Shown here: one piece after another, positions 40,763 to 53,944 of the stretch
Layout of the letters: every line of letters begins with the position of its first letter
Position numbering within the stretch: the first letter of the stretch is position 1
Source of the DNA: Octopus bimaculoides
Taxonomy: Eukaryota
Assembly (NCBI RefSeq): GCF_001194135.2
Contig: NC_068999.1
Span: 37,761,303 to 37,825,302 of the forward strand
Length of the DNA: 64,000 nucleotides
Direction of reading: 5' to 3'
Notes under the pieces: generated by a model
Seen by the model: only the letters and a program-made list of their open reading frames with translations
Database searches by the model: none
What the model was told of the DNA's origin: nothing
Translations under genes and position numbers: made by a program

Positions 40763-41035
40763 GCAGCGCGATCGTAGGTTCGAATCTCAGACAGGGCGAT
40801 GTGTATGTGTTTATGAGCGAAACACCTAAGCTCCACCTGGCACCAGCAGAAGGTAATGACGAACGTTTGCTGACACTTTCGCCACAACTTTCTCTCACTT
40901 TTTCCTCCTGCATCTAGCAGCTCACCTGCGACGGACCGGCGTCCTATACAGGTGGGGGACCTATACGCCAATGAAACCGAGAAACCGGCCCTTATGAGCT
41001 AGGCATGGCTCGAGAACAAACAAAGAACAAAACAA
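40763..41035 (+). mobile_element. SINE family 4 (V/Meta-like central domain), starting at its B-box
   Basis: B-box-like GGTTCGAATCTC; central CCTGCGACGGACCGGCGTCCTATACAGGTGGGG at 40925-40958; 3' GGCTCGAG followed by an AAAC-rich tail. The domain name is from memory. Confidence 0.6.
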
Positions 41036-41554
41036 TGTAAAGCTGCAGATCCCGAAAAGGCGCAGAGTATATTCCAGTTGTTATAATTAGTTTTCAAAAT
41101 GGAACAAACAAAATTCAATCAAAAAGCAAAGTACGTTCCATACAAAGTAAATACATTAGGAAATTTAAAATTACAAATATATAAATTGTATTGTAACGCG
41201 TATGTGTTTGTGTATATACGCGTATGTATGTGCGTGTGTATGTATATATGTATGTATGTATGTATGTATGTACGTATGTATGTATATTATATGTAAGCAG
41301 AAAACTGTATTATGGCCTGGTGTTACCTGGTTATTTAATGCCAGGAGAACCGAATCTAGCATTCATCAGAAATAGCTGAATGCAATAGTATTGCCTAACT
41401 ATTCCATTCAGCCATTTCTAAAGATTACTAGATATGGATTTCTATATTTGGCACATTTACCAATTTAGCTATCATGTGATATTTTTCAGTTTGATACTAA
41501 ATAATAATAACCCTTTCTACGTACGTCAATACTAATAAATTACAGGTGCTTGGA

Positions 41555-41680
41555 GAAGGCGCGTGGTTGAGTGGTAGGGCATCCGTCTTTTAACGTCGTG
41601 GGTCCGATGCCGGGTGACGCATTGTGTCCTGCAAGACGCTCTATTTCTCGGTGCTCCAGTTCACTGAGCTGGTAAAAAAG
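41555..41680 (+). mobile_element. SINE family 3 head
   Basis: A-box-like GGCGCGTGGTTGAGTGGTAGG, B-box-like GGGTCCGATGCC, then GCATTGTGTCCTGCAAGACGCTCTATTTCTCGGTGCTCCAGTTCACTGAGCTGG. Confidence 0.65.
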
Positions 41681-42019
41681 AAATTTAATAAACACAATAT
41701 ATGTATAATATATATATTTTTATGAGCTACTAATAGTTTCCAGCGATGAACACTTCTCAGACAGCATTTTTAACGCGTCTGGTGTCTTTACGTAATCATC
41801 ATACATCAGACGTGTTACAAAAATACTGTCTGAGCTGTTTTCATCGCATAAAACTAATAGCAGCTCATATACCTTGTGTTTATTAAATAATATTTACCAT
41901 CACGGAACAGCGATGGTAAATATATATTCATATATATTAATACACACACGCACACACACACACACACACACACATACACACACACACACACACACAAACA
42001 CACAACTATATAAACATTT

Positions 42020-42422
42020 GGGTGCAAGTGTATCTCTGTGGTAAAGCATTTGCTTCCCAATCGAATTATTCCAGGCTCGGCTCCGCTGCTGTGTGGCACC
42101 TTTGGCAGATGTTTTCTACTCAAGATCCAGGCTAACCAAAGCCTTGTAAGTGGATTTGCTAGACGGAAACTGAAAGAAGCCCATCAGTATTCATATATAT
42201 CTATGCGAATGCAAATTTGTGTTTTTCCTCCGCTATCACTTAACAAGGTTGTTGGTTTGTTTATGTGTTAACAACTTTGCAGTTCGCCAAGAAGATACCG
42301 AACGAATAAGTACAATTTTTAGGAAAAAAAGTACTGAGGTCAATTTATTCGATTAAACCCTGCAAAGATGTGCCCAAGCAGGCCGCTGTCTAATGAGTGA
42401 AACAAGTAATGGATAAAAGATA
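42020..42422 (+). mobile_element. Full-length SINE family 2 (tRNA head, CORE-like domain, LINE-derived 3' tail)
   Basis: Head, then GTGGCACCTTTGGCAGATGTTTTCTACT, GACGGAAACTGAAAGAAGCCC and GAATAAGTAC, ending in the tail GTGCCCAAGCAGGCCGC..TGAAACAAGTAATGGATAAAAGATA. Confidence 0.8.
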
Positions 42423-43024
42423 TCGATACACATATATATATACGTCATCTGATGTGAAGGAAAGAGAACTATTCTTGTCGGACTCAGTCTTGTAATATAT
42501 AGAAAGGCGGTGACCATGCTGGGGCACCTATATCTATCTATATGTGTGTATATGGGTGTCTGTGTGTGAGTCCGGTTTCATGCTTCAAATAGCTGCAACT
42601 ATTATAATTTGTTACGCCTTCTGTACTAGTTATATATGTGTAGCGATGATGAACGAACAAAATATGTTCAGAACTCACTACACAACAAATTGCTTTCTAA
42701 ACTGCATTTGAACGCGTTTCAAATCCAACTTAAAGCCAGTTTGATCCTCCTACCATCACTGGTTGATAGAAACCAGAGAAAGCACCATATGAAACTTCTA
42801 TGATACCACTGCCAGCCTTTGATAAATTTCTGGTCTTTTACCAAAGTGAGTTAACAATTTTCAGGCAATACTATTCTAAGCCAATCCAATTTGGCCGTTG
42901 AATTAGAATTTTCCCGCTGGTTACCTGGAAAATACGACGAAGAGAAAAGCTCATTAAGACAGAATTATTTGGTACATTACTCAAGCGTGCCGCTGGGATG
43001 CTTCATGCTTATATGTGTGTGCGT

Positions 43025-43049
43025 ATGCATATATCACTCTCTCACTCTC

Positions 43050-43108
<59 letters not shown>
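43025..43108. repeat. (CT)n microsatellite
   Basis: Read directly. Confidence 0.95.
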
Positions 43109-43130
<22 letters not shown>

Positions 43131-43353
43131 TTATCTAATGCGAAAATAATATTGTTGCAATTTTTCTTACAGGATCGATAAAATATGCAGCACCAATGCA
43201 TAGCACTGAAGTGCAAATTCAATTGATTTCACGTGCATTATAAAGTTAGAAAGCGAAGTTTCCTGTATGTAAATATACACATACCTACGTGCAAATATAT
43301 ATATATACATACACAGACGGCCATACAGATACACAAATACACACATGCATATG

Positions 43354-43431
<78 letters not shown>

Positions 43432-43836
43432 CGGATATGTACATGTATATATATATATATATACACAGGCATATATATGTATATTTGTACATATGCATAT
43501 ATGTATATATGAAAGTAAGCCTGTAAGTGTGTAGGTAGGTAGGTATACGTATGGATATACACATCAAGTAGAGCTTTTTATTATATTTATATATTATAGA
43601 TTTAAAACTTTGAATACTGACAGATGTGCTGGAGCTTTTTCCTTCCGATTTTCTCAAACCATTGATTAAAACGCATTAACTAATGCACACAGGTAATAGT
43701 ATCAGGATTGCATAGAGAAATAATTAAAAAAACTGGAAAGAACGTATGAGAAAACAGCGGCGTGCAGATTTACGTGAGGGCTCTGTCAGAAAATCATTGG
43801 TATAGTGAAGTAATGCAATAGATATTTCCTCATCTT

Positions 43837-43898
<62 letters not shown>

Positions 43899-45254
43899 AT
43901 AAATGCATGTAAGCGAGTATGTGTATGTTCATGTGTGTGTATGTGTGTAAGTGTGTGTGCATATAAGTATATGTATATATATGTGTACCTACACATGCAT
44001 GTAAGTGTATGTATATATATATATACTGTGAAAACTATAAGGGTAGAAAATTTATAAAAACTTTCATATCGGTGGTTAGCATGCGTATTAAAAGTCAATA
44101 GACAACATATTTTCATATATAAAAGTGTACAATATTTATACAGTACGGATGACAATTTATTTTATTTGTTCATTAATACACAAACTCGAGTTTGAGATTA
44201 ACTATAAATAATTGTTGTTTTCATTCTCTTATGAATTTCTTTTTTCGTGGTTTAGGTTTGGCTGCCCTCTCTAGCATGTAAGGGATACTATAAATAGTCA
44301 CCTCTCTGTGTATAAATACTATACACTTTTATATTTATATGTATGTATGTATATATATATATACACATAGATATATTAAGATGACAAGCAACCCTACCAA
44401 GCATGCTATGGAATACGATGAAGTGATGTCACTGCATGCACTTTATCGGAGTTTTCAGTCATGGTGATGACTTTTCCCTGCCAAAGTCATGTCTAAGCAT
44501 TTGGGCGTAAATATAAAGAGCAAGTGATGGTGTCGTTTCGTCAGCATTAGCACATCATAACCTTGATTGGTCAATACACTCCTAACATCTAGAATACATA
44601 TAGTATTTGTCTGTTAAGTCCTGTTAATCTTCTGAAACATCCGATGTGATATAGTTCGTCCAACAAACCCACGATGTGAATCGAACTACTATTTAATGAA
44701 TATAGTAGCAGTAGTTGAAATACCATTGTGACATATCTTTACTCCTAAATGGGATTTCATTGTAGTTTACAAGGGTGAGAAAATTCTCGCTTCTTGTACA
44801 GGAAACTGTTGATACCACCACGTATCTCAAGGCATTCTACTGTTTCTTTTAATCCTCTGCCCTTCTGAAAACAAAACCGAAAATTTGTTTGATACGAAGC
44901 AAACCAACATATATTATGTGGCTAAAGTATGGTCACGTGCATTGTCCATGAAAATTAATCCCTGTTAATGATAGTTCTAGGATTATAGGCAGAAAACATT
45001 CAGACCAGTTTAGATCTTAGTTTCAGAACACAGTGGCATGATGCTAATGGTTAGGATACATTTCACCCGTTCTTTCCTCCTTCATCTTCTCTAGAGCTCT
45101 ATCGATCATCCATATTACCAGCAGTTCAATCCTTTGCTCATTTAGCTTGTCTCTCCACCATTCCATGAAATAATCCATCTCTCCACCTGACAAAGAGATC
45201 ACATCATGTTTTATTCGTCGCTTCAATATTTCCTTCTCTCCAGGTCAGGTATGT

Positions 45255-45372
45255 AATTATCGACCAGAAAAGTATGAAAGACTAATTTGGATTCGGCGGG
45301 ATTTGAACTCAGTGTGTAGAAATTCAGATAAAATACAGCAAGTATTTTACCTGACGCTCTAACGACTCTTCT
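45255..45372 (-). mobile_element. Degenerate SINE family 1
   Basis: AATTATCGACCAGAAAAGTATGAAAG..GGCGGGATTTGAACTCAG..GACGCTCTAACGACTCT. Confidence 0.6.
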
Positions 45373-46642
45373 AATAAGTATTGCATCTCTCATCCTTCCA
45401 TGGGCAAAACTGATTAGGCTGTGATGCTTGATCGACGAGATGAGAACCAGACCAAAACATGTAAAAGGTTGTCTCTTGTACTTAACGAGAAAATTAAGCC
45501 AACACTAGAATCTGGCTGTTGTTCTCTTTCTCGCACCATACACTGATTTTTAGATAATTGTTAAGGGTACATAACATTATATATGTTAACACAAAGTTTC
45601 CACAGTTCTATATGTGAATGAATATATCATTAATACAATTCTGTTTCTTGGTGTAGAGTGAAGAAAATTGTGAGAACACAAGTCATTAGAAGCTAACTTC
45701 TCCATTGCAACACCTTTCCAATTTGATTAGTATTCGTTTCGTAACAGGTTCCTGCAATTCAGATTATGTAACAATCGTGTATTTTGTTAAAGGAATCTGA
45801 TAATGCATTGAAACGAATCAAGCGGGAAATCAAAGCTGAGGTCTGCATTTCACTCGCCGAGAGGTCATTTCTCCAATCCAGTATTCCATATTGCTTTCCA
45901 CGTTGCTTTTCACGTTTAATTATTCTTTTCCAATTTAATTAAGCCCATTTCTTGAAGTTGGCATATAGCTGAACTATGTAAATCAACTCTAGAAATCCCA
46001 GATGAATTTGTAATCATGATACACAAGTTGTATTGTTAATTAAACATAACGTATACTGCAGTGCGAATAAATATTTTGAAACCAGCATTGAGTAACGTTC
46101 ACCAAATATACAACACAATTATGCAAAAGTATATATAATTCAACGTTTCTCATCGCCATGGATTACAAAATTAAATTTATGAGTATCACAGTTAATACAT
46201 TTGAAGATCACACACACACACACTCACACACAACACACACAACATACACACACGCGGGTGCGCATATACACTGGTATATATATATATAAAAGAAAAAATG
46301 GGATTTAAAATCCCTGGCAGATACCAAGTAAGCTCTCAGTATAGAGGAATGAGATTAAATTTCCAACAAGTAAGATACCAGTAAATGTATGTAGAATACA
46401 AATCCCAGCTAAATCCTCATGTATGACGGGTAAATCCAAGAATCCTTTTGTAGAATTTTAAACGATTCAGAGTATTAACAATAATCAATAATATGTAGAA
46501 AGTTATCTTTATTTAAAATTATTGCAGATGTTCAGTTACAATTTATCTAATCTGGATAACTTTGATAATGTTCTGCTGACAAATTTTCGTACATATTATT
46601 ATTAAATTTAGTAATATTTTGAATATTTGTGTGTCTCTTTGC

Positions 46643-46700
<58 letters not shown>

Positions 46701-46763
46701 AATATATATATAATCAAAATAAGCAACTGTATATCCTGTTGCTTATTTTCAACTGAATCTCAA

Positions 46764-46806
<43 letters not shown>

Positions 46807-47533
46807 AAAATATATAAATAGATTGATAGATAGAGAGATAAAGAGATAGATAGATAGATAGATAGATATGGATATAAATATAGATATATATGTAAATGTT
46901 ACTGCATTTGAAACAATTGTTGGCTTTTTAAGATTTATGTCTCTTAGACTGACTTTATTACCATTCACCAGACATGGTTCAGCAGCAAAATGTCATCCTA
47001 GGTGTCGTGTTTCGGATGTAGAAAACTTTCGTTTCACAATATCCATTTTTTCTTCCGTTTTCCTTTCTTGAACCTGTAATCAGTGGTAGTTTAGCTGTTG
47101 TTTCTAGCATGTCGATAATACAAACCAATTAGATGGTTTCACATTGTACGCCGACTTTTGGGAAAGCAACAACTCATATTGCATCATGGAGATTAAAGTT
47201 CACAGTTCAGGTAAGAGTCTGTTCACACACCATGAATAAAAATTCTAGCGACGCAAACCTACTTCTAATTCTATGAACCATACCACGATTCTAGAATAGT
47301 CTTTCAAATCAATGAATGTTGGTGCTGACAATAAGGTCTCAGATTTATGATTAAATTTATGCTTCAAAAGTCTCAAATTCCAACTGATATACTGAAATAA
47401 ATATCAGATAATGGCAAGGTTAATGATAAATTCTTTGTCAGAATGGTTATGATGTAGTTACTTCTATTGTTACATTGCTTTCAGAAACTAATGTTCGTCT
47501 CTTCTATACTTTTATTTAACTACCAAACTAAAT

Positions 47534-47699
47534 ACCTACCTACCTACCTACCTACCTACCTACCTACCTACCTACCTACCTACCTACCTACCTACCTACC
47601 TACCTACCTACCTACTTAGGAACCCATGCACCTATTTGTATACCTACCAAATTATCTCTTCACTGACACAACTATCGGAAATTAGTATCTATCCACCTC

Positions 47700-47782
<83 letters not shown>

Positions 47783-47815
47783 ATCTGTCTATCTATCTAT
47801 CTATCTATCTATCAA
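47534..47815. repeat. (ACCT)n and (ATCT)n/(GTCT)n tetranucleotide blocks
   Basis: Read directly. Confidence 0.9.
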
Positions 47816-50099
47816 AATATTTATCTGTCTGATCATCTACTTAAGAAATATGTGCGCGCGCGCGTATAACTGATATAGATAACTAAAATTCTATCTATGT
47901 GTGTGTGTATGTGTGTGTGTGTGTGTGTGTGTAGGTGTGTCTGTGTATCTGTAGCTATAAATAATTTCGCTTTTTATCGTTTTTGTTTTAATTATACAAA
48001 ATAGGCAGTTATTTTGCTATAGATTTTGAGCTGCAGCGATGTACTGTTGTGTCTAGCGAACGGGTATCCAGCACTGAGTATGGACAAAAATAGTCTGAAA
48101 CCGGATGGTCTGCTGGTCCTGCCAAGTCGCTAGATGATAGTACGGTAGGGGTTCGCTCCCCTGCTGGTAAAATATATCTTGTGCAGACTGCATCGATATC
48201 CATCTAGAGGAGGCGTCATCTTGAGGCTAAAAAATGGTCGTAATGTCGGGTCGTACGGAACAGCTATTTTAAAGTGACGACAAACATTACTATACGCAAT
48301 AGTCTAGATTATATATATAATCTCTACCCTTTCTCGATATGTCCCAGCCTTATGTCTCCACTGGAGACAAAAAGTTAATGAAAATGAAATGGGATTAATT
48401 TACTGAAAAATTTGTTGATTTTTTAATAGATAATATATGCATATATGTGTGTGGGCGGGGGGTGTAATACAAGCAGACATTGAGTAGCATAAACGTCTAC
48501 AGGAAGAAGCTTTACAGCTTTAAACCTATTTCGAACATCCATCTCAATTACTTTATTTCCCTCTGTTTACTGTATATAAGATATCATTGTCCAGTATATA
48601 TTGTGTATATATTCTCTACGATTTGTCTGATGTCGGGTGGTGAGCTTTATCTGGGAGCAGACGGGAAAATATATTTTAAAATACTCTCTCTATATATATA
48701 TAAATATCTATATATATCTATATATATTTGCCCATATAATGTAGTATGCATAATATTATACAATCATACACACATATCTTCAACTGCAAGCATATATATA
48801 TGCATATTAAACTAAATATATATATTTTTCATATTTGTTAAAAAGAAGCTAAACACGAAACTGTAGTTAAATTGTATTATTGTCTATTATTGTACGATAA
48901 AAATATAATCATAAGTTAAAGCATTGAATATACTTGATTTCCTCTCACACTTTTTTCTGTCTGCCTCACTCTGTCTCACACAGAATACCAATCTCTCCCT
49001 CTCTCTCTACCTCTCCTCCTCTTTCTCCTTCTCTCCTCCCTCTCTCTCTCTCTCTCCTTCTCTCTCCTCTCTCTCGCTGGAAATTTTGTGACCAAAAATA
49101 TTTAAACGAACGTCATAAAAATATTTTATTCAAAACTTCACAGAAAAGAAAATAAAATAAAAAAAGGAAAAAGAATATTTGAAAGTAAAATATCATAAAA
49201 TACATAATTACCATTACGAATATATTTTTGCATTGTGCTATTTTTTTTCATCTAACTTCAAATTATGAAAAAACGTAAAAACATTGTGAAATTTAAAATG
49301 TGTTTCAATGACTTGTTTAAGTTTAATAAGCGGGTTGTATTTATTTATTTAAAAAAAAGTGAAATTGAAATCAATTTATTCATGATTTATGTTTAAATAG
49401 AAACAATCAGGTATATTTATTTGTTTGTGTATCTATATAAGTGTATATATATATTTGCTATATACACATACACAAATATATATATGTCTATATAGTATAT
49501 GTATGCATGTAGATGTAGGTATATATATATATATAAATATATATATGCATATATCTATATATATGTATATACATGTATATACATGTATATACATACATAT
49601 ATATATATATNNNNNNNNNNNNNNNNNNNNNNNNNNNNNNNNNNNNNNNNNNNNNNNNNNNNNNNNNNNNNNNNNNNNNNNNNNNNNNNNNNNNNNNNNN
49701 NNNNNNNNNNNNNNNNNNNNNNNNNNNNNNNNNNNNNNNNNNNNNNNNNNNNNNNNNNNNNNNNNNNNNNNNNNNNNNNNNNNNNNNNNNNNNNNNNNNN
49801 NNNNNNNNNNNNNNNNNNNNNNNNNNNNNNNNNNNNNNNNNNNNNNNNNNNNNNNNNNNNNNNNNNNNNNNNNNNNNNNNNNNNNNNNNNNNNNNNNNNN
49901 NNNNNNNNNNNNNNNNNNNNNNNNNNNNNNNNNNNNNNNNNNNNNNNNNNNNNNNNNNNNNNNNNNNNNNNNNNNNNNNNNNNNNNNNNNNNNNNNNNNN
50001 NNNNNNNNNNNNNNNNNNNNNNNNNNNNNNNNNNNNNNNNNNNNNNNNNNNNNNNNNNNNNNNNNNNNNNNNNNNNNNNNNNNNNNNNNNNNNNNNNNN

Positions 50100-50133
<34 letters not shown>

Positions 50134-50299
50134 AATATTATATATATATATACGTATGTATGTGTGTGTGTTTGTGTGTGTGTGTTTGTAAGAATATATG
50201 TATATACGTATGTAGAAGCCGTATTTAGTCGTGTGTAAATCGCATTATGGTTGATTTTAACTGAAATATGCAGAGGCATATTTATGACAGTGCGTGTGC

Positions 50300-50620
50300 A
50301 TAATAAAAAGAAAGGATGACTGAAACACCTAGAAAACATCCCAGGAGAACCACGTCTCAGAGAAATGCAAAAGTTTGTGTTGACAAGTACTGCCCACATC
50401 CTTAGAAAAACCCTATCAGTTTAAATGTTTGTGTTGTATTACATGAAAATATTTCACTACTGCCCTTACCCCTTTTCTCTCCAAGCTTTCAGTCATAATG
50501 TAACATCTCTTTTCCTTCACACACCCTAGGATGCTGGGTGTGTCTTGGCAAGTGATTGTAAGAAACATGCAGATTAAAAGTGTATAACAACAACAACAAC
50601 AATAATGATGATAATAATAA
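50300..50620 (+). mobile_element. R4/Dong-clade 3' end (third family) with 3' UTR and (AAC/AAT)n tail
   Basis: 50320-50424 translates as LKHLENIPGEPRLREMQKFVLTSTAHILRKTLSV*. The UTR has an 8-bp hairpin ACACACCC..GGGTGTGT; the tail spans 50584-50620. Confidence 0.8.
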
Positions 50621-51200
50621 ATGCCCTAATGCAGTACCAGGCAGTGGCTCTCATGCATGGCTTCTGATCGTAACTGATTGGAAGTGTTATCATGTACATC
50701 GTTTTGTCTTGGTATAAAAGATGGGTTACAGCAAATATTCTGCTCAATACCACAATTTGCTTGTCAGTTGTTTGACCTTAACCCGTTGAGTATTTCTCTT
50801 GGTGACTGACGATATGTGCATCTCTAATCACGAACAGAGGTAGTGGAGGAACATCATAGCCATGTGTTGAGAGGAATTTTTGGGGTTTGAATAATTCACA
50901 TCTAGAAACATTGGTGTTTCATTTAAATTCCCTAAGCAACCCTTATTCAGGGACCATTTACGCGAGATGAGCCACTCGATCTGAAGAAAATTGGAACTGG
51001 ACCCCCACCTGCAAAGTCATATACTGTTTACCTTGATATGAGATCAACATGTCGCGCACATATGGTTCTGATGCATGTGCCTGATGTACCCTTATGAGAC
51101 GGGTAGTCATGACGGTGTATACTGGGCTTCATATATTTGTACCCCAGTGTTACTTTGATGGCATGCACTACTCTCACACTCAATAATAATAATAATGATA
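50621..51200 (+). mobile_element. ~560-bp non-coding interspersed element flanked by (AAT)n on both sides
   Basis: Begins ATGCCCTAATGCAGTACCAGGCAGTGGCTC directly after an (AAT)n tail and ends CTCTCACACTC-(AAT)n. A second copy lies at 62848-63270. No ORF and no tRNA A/B boxes are evident. Confidence 0.7.
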
Positions 51201-51392
51201 ATAATCATAATAACGAGGATGATGATGATATTCATCCTCCTCCTCCTCGTCCTCCTCACCATCATGATCATGATCATGATCTAAAAGTGACTAGTTTTTT
51301 ACTTAAGGATACTATATTAATCAACACCTCGTCCCTTAAGTTCATTTTTGTATCATTCAGACATTTAAGTATAATAATCAAAAATGTACAAT

Positions 51393-51475
<83 letters not shown>

Positions 51476-51559
51476 CATGTGTTCATGTTTATGGCTATGC
51501 ATGTATATCTGTGAATATATTTTTAAGTATGGATTGGGAACAAATAAGCGGTAAAAGTG

Positions 51560-51865
51560 GAAAAGATTGTCTTTTGAGAAGGTACAAACGAAAATACGTC
51601 ATCCACAGATCTTTTGGTCGAAATAAATCAAATTGCAGCTTCGCCTAATATTTGTACGGACACAAGAATTTTATGTGGATTAGGAAGCGTTCTGAGGATG
51701 TGTAGCAATATAATTCCCGTTATACCATGATGCAGAATGTAATGGCGGCTCTGATATTTCTTTTATCTCGGTACATGGGACGACACATTAGTCGGTCGTT
51801 TTATAACCATGCGCTTGTAAAGAGATTCTCATGTATTTACAGCAATCAATAAATACGAAGAGGAT
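51560..51865 (+). repeat. Copy 1 of a ~300-bp direct duplication (offset 1349 bp)
   Basis: The core 51620-51736 differs from 52969-53085 at only 2 of 117 positions; the flanks align at much lower identity. Confidence 0.95.
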
Positions 51866-52790
51866 GGTTGGTTGTTAGGTTGTTATAAAAATGTGTGAAG
51901 CATGTAGACTCATAGAAAGACAGGGATTGAGACATACAACTGCGAATAGATTGCATATATATTCAAACAGACGGATATTCAAACAGACACTTACATACAC
52001 TCATTTATAGAGTACGAATAGATGCATGCCTACAAATAGACACAGACATGTATGTGTGTGTGTGTGTGTGTGTGTATCAACTTTTCTCTCCCTTTCTGTC
52101 ACTATATGTCATTTATTCTTTTATTCTTTTATTTGTTTCAGTAATTAGAGAGAAAGAGAAAGATATATATAGAGAGAGACGGTAAGAGAGAGAGAGACAG
52201 AGAGAGAGAGAGAGGGGGGAAAGAAAGGGGGTAAGAGAGACATACACACACATATGCACACAAACCTTGTTCATAAGAGGTACGGGATTGACCAGTATCT
52301 TTTGGGGAGAGACTTCCGTTTAGAAAAATGTATTCAGCTCGTCTTGGTAGGATATTTTTAACTACATTAAACAATTCTGCCTTGAAAAGTTTGACCTTAA
52401 TGGGCGTGTGTGTGTATGCGTGTGTGCATGTGTATGTGTGTGTGTTTGCCTATTTATATATACATATATAAATTTATATAGATAAAACTAAGATCGATAT
52501 TTCAATACCGATCTTATCAGGTGGCCAGCATGGAAATAAAAACCATCAAAGGTAACAATTATTTAAAATTACATTCCACTGATGAAGGCAGAGCATTTCT
52601 AATGCAGATCCAGAAATCCGGGATCTGGAATGATCCAGTAATTTTTGCTAGTTTATTTTGTCTCTTCGTCTTCTTTCCTTGTGCTATATGAACATTTAAT
52701 GTTGTTTTACAGTCAAGTTTTGACTGCTATTTCCAGCATGGTGGTATCTCTTAGATACCCTAAATTATAATTTATATATNNNNNNNNNNN

Positions 52791-52825
<35 letters not shown>

Positions 52826-52906
52826 TATGCATTACTGTATATGGTCGTACATTCATGTGAAGCTCTTTTATTTTGATGCCGAGAGAAGCATTAGTGATAA
52901 ATGGTA

Positions 52907-53212
52907 AAAAAAAGTGCCGCTTTTGTCCAGGTAGGAATGAAAATACGTCATCCGCAGATCTGTTATTAGAAATAAATCAAATTGCAGCTTCGCCTAATAT
53001 TTGTACGGACACAAGAATTTTATGTGGATTAGGGAGCGTTCTGAGGATGTGTAGCAATTTAATTCCCGTTATACCATGATGCAGAGTGAAATGACGGCTC
53101 TGATTTGCTTTTATCTAGGATATATGGGACTATACATTCGTGCACCGTTTTATAACCATGCTTTTATATAGACGGTCTCACGTATTTATTGCGGTCAATA
53201 AATAAGAAAAGG
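52907..53212 (+). repeat. Copy 2 of the ~300-bp direct duplication
   Basis: See copy 1. Confidence 0.95.
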
Positions 53213-53662
53213 AAGTTTGTTTGTTGCAAAATGTGTACTGTTTACGAGTACACAAATGCATGCATTGAAATATATGAATGTGAAAGCATTCGTTGATGTA
53301 CGTAGATGTCCTCATGAAGTATCTATATCCACATAGTGATGTATTAGCACACGCACATACATCCACATAGTGATGTAGTAGCACACGTACATACATACGC
53401 ATGTGTGTGTATGTGTGTGTAGGTGTTTGTGTAACTATATGTGTGCACATTAGTACATAGACAGAAGTGTAAATGTGCGTGTGAGTGTGTGTGTGTGTGC
53501 GTGTATGTGAGTATGTGCGTATGCGTATGAATGTATATTTTTCTATATGTCTGTCTGTCTGTATATATGTACACACATATATACATATATGTCTCTCTCT
53601 CTCTCTTTCTCTCTCACTCTCTCTCTCTCTCTCTCTTTCTCTCTCACTCTGTTTCTCTCTCA

Positions 53663-53695
<33 letters not shown>

Positions 53696-53791
53696 TGTAA
53701 TAATGTATTTATGTATATATCATAGCAATTTTCACACAGTAAGTATATGCATATATTGTCATATATAATAGAGGTTGTGTTAGAAACAGAA

Positions 53792-53848
<57 letters not shown>

Positions 53849-53944
53849 ATGATGAGAATAAACAAATAAAACTGATTGGGTGTCATATGCAAAACATGTA
53901 TCCATGTTGAAGCTTGTATGTATGAGAGGAGTACAAATTATGGA

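Noticed and set aside
45044-45226. 60-aa minus-strand ORF with a protein-like helical composition
   Set aside because: Non-ATG start, an in-frame stop shortly upstream, no convincing splice sites and no recognisable family.
48009-48260. GC-richer unique block with a possible acceptor at 48022 and a 64-aa minus-strand ORF
   Set aside because: The plus-strand frames close quickly and the minus-strand peptide resembles nothing I recognise.
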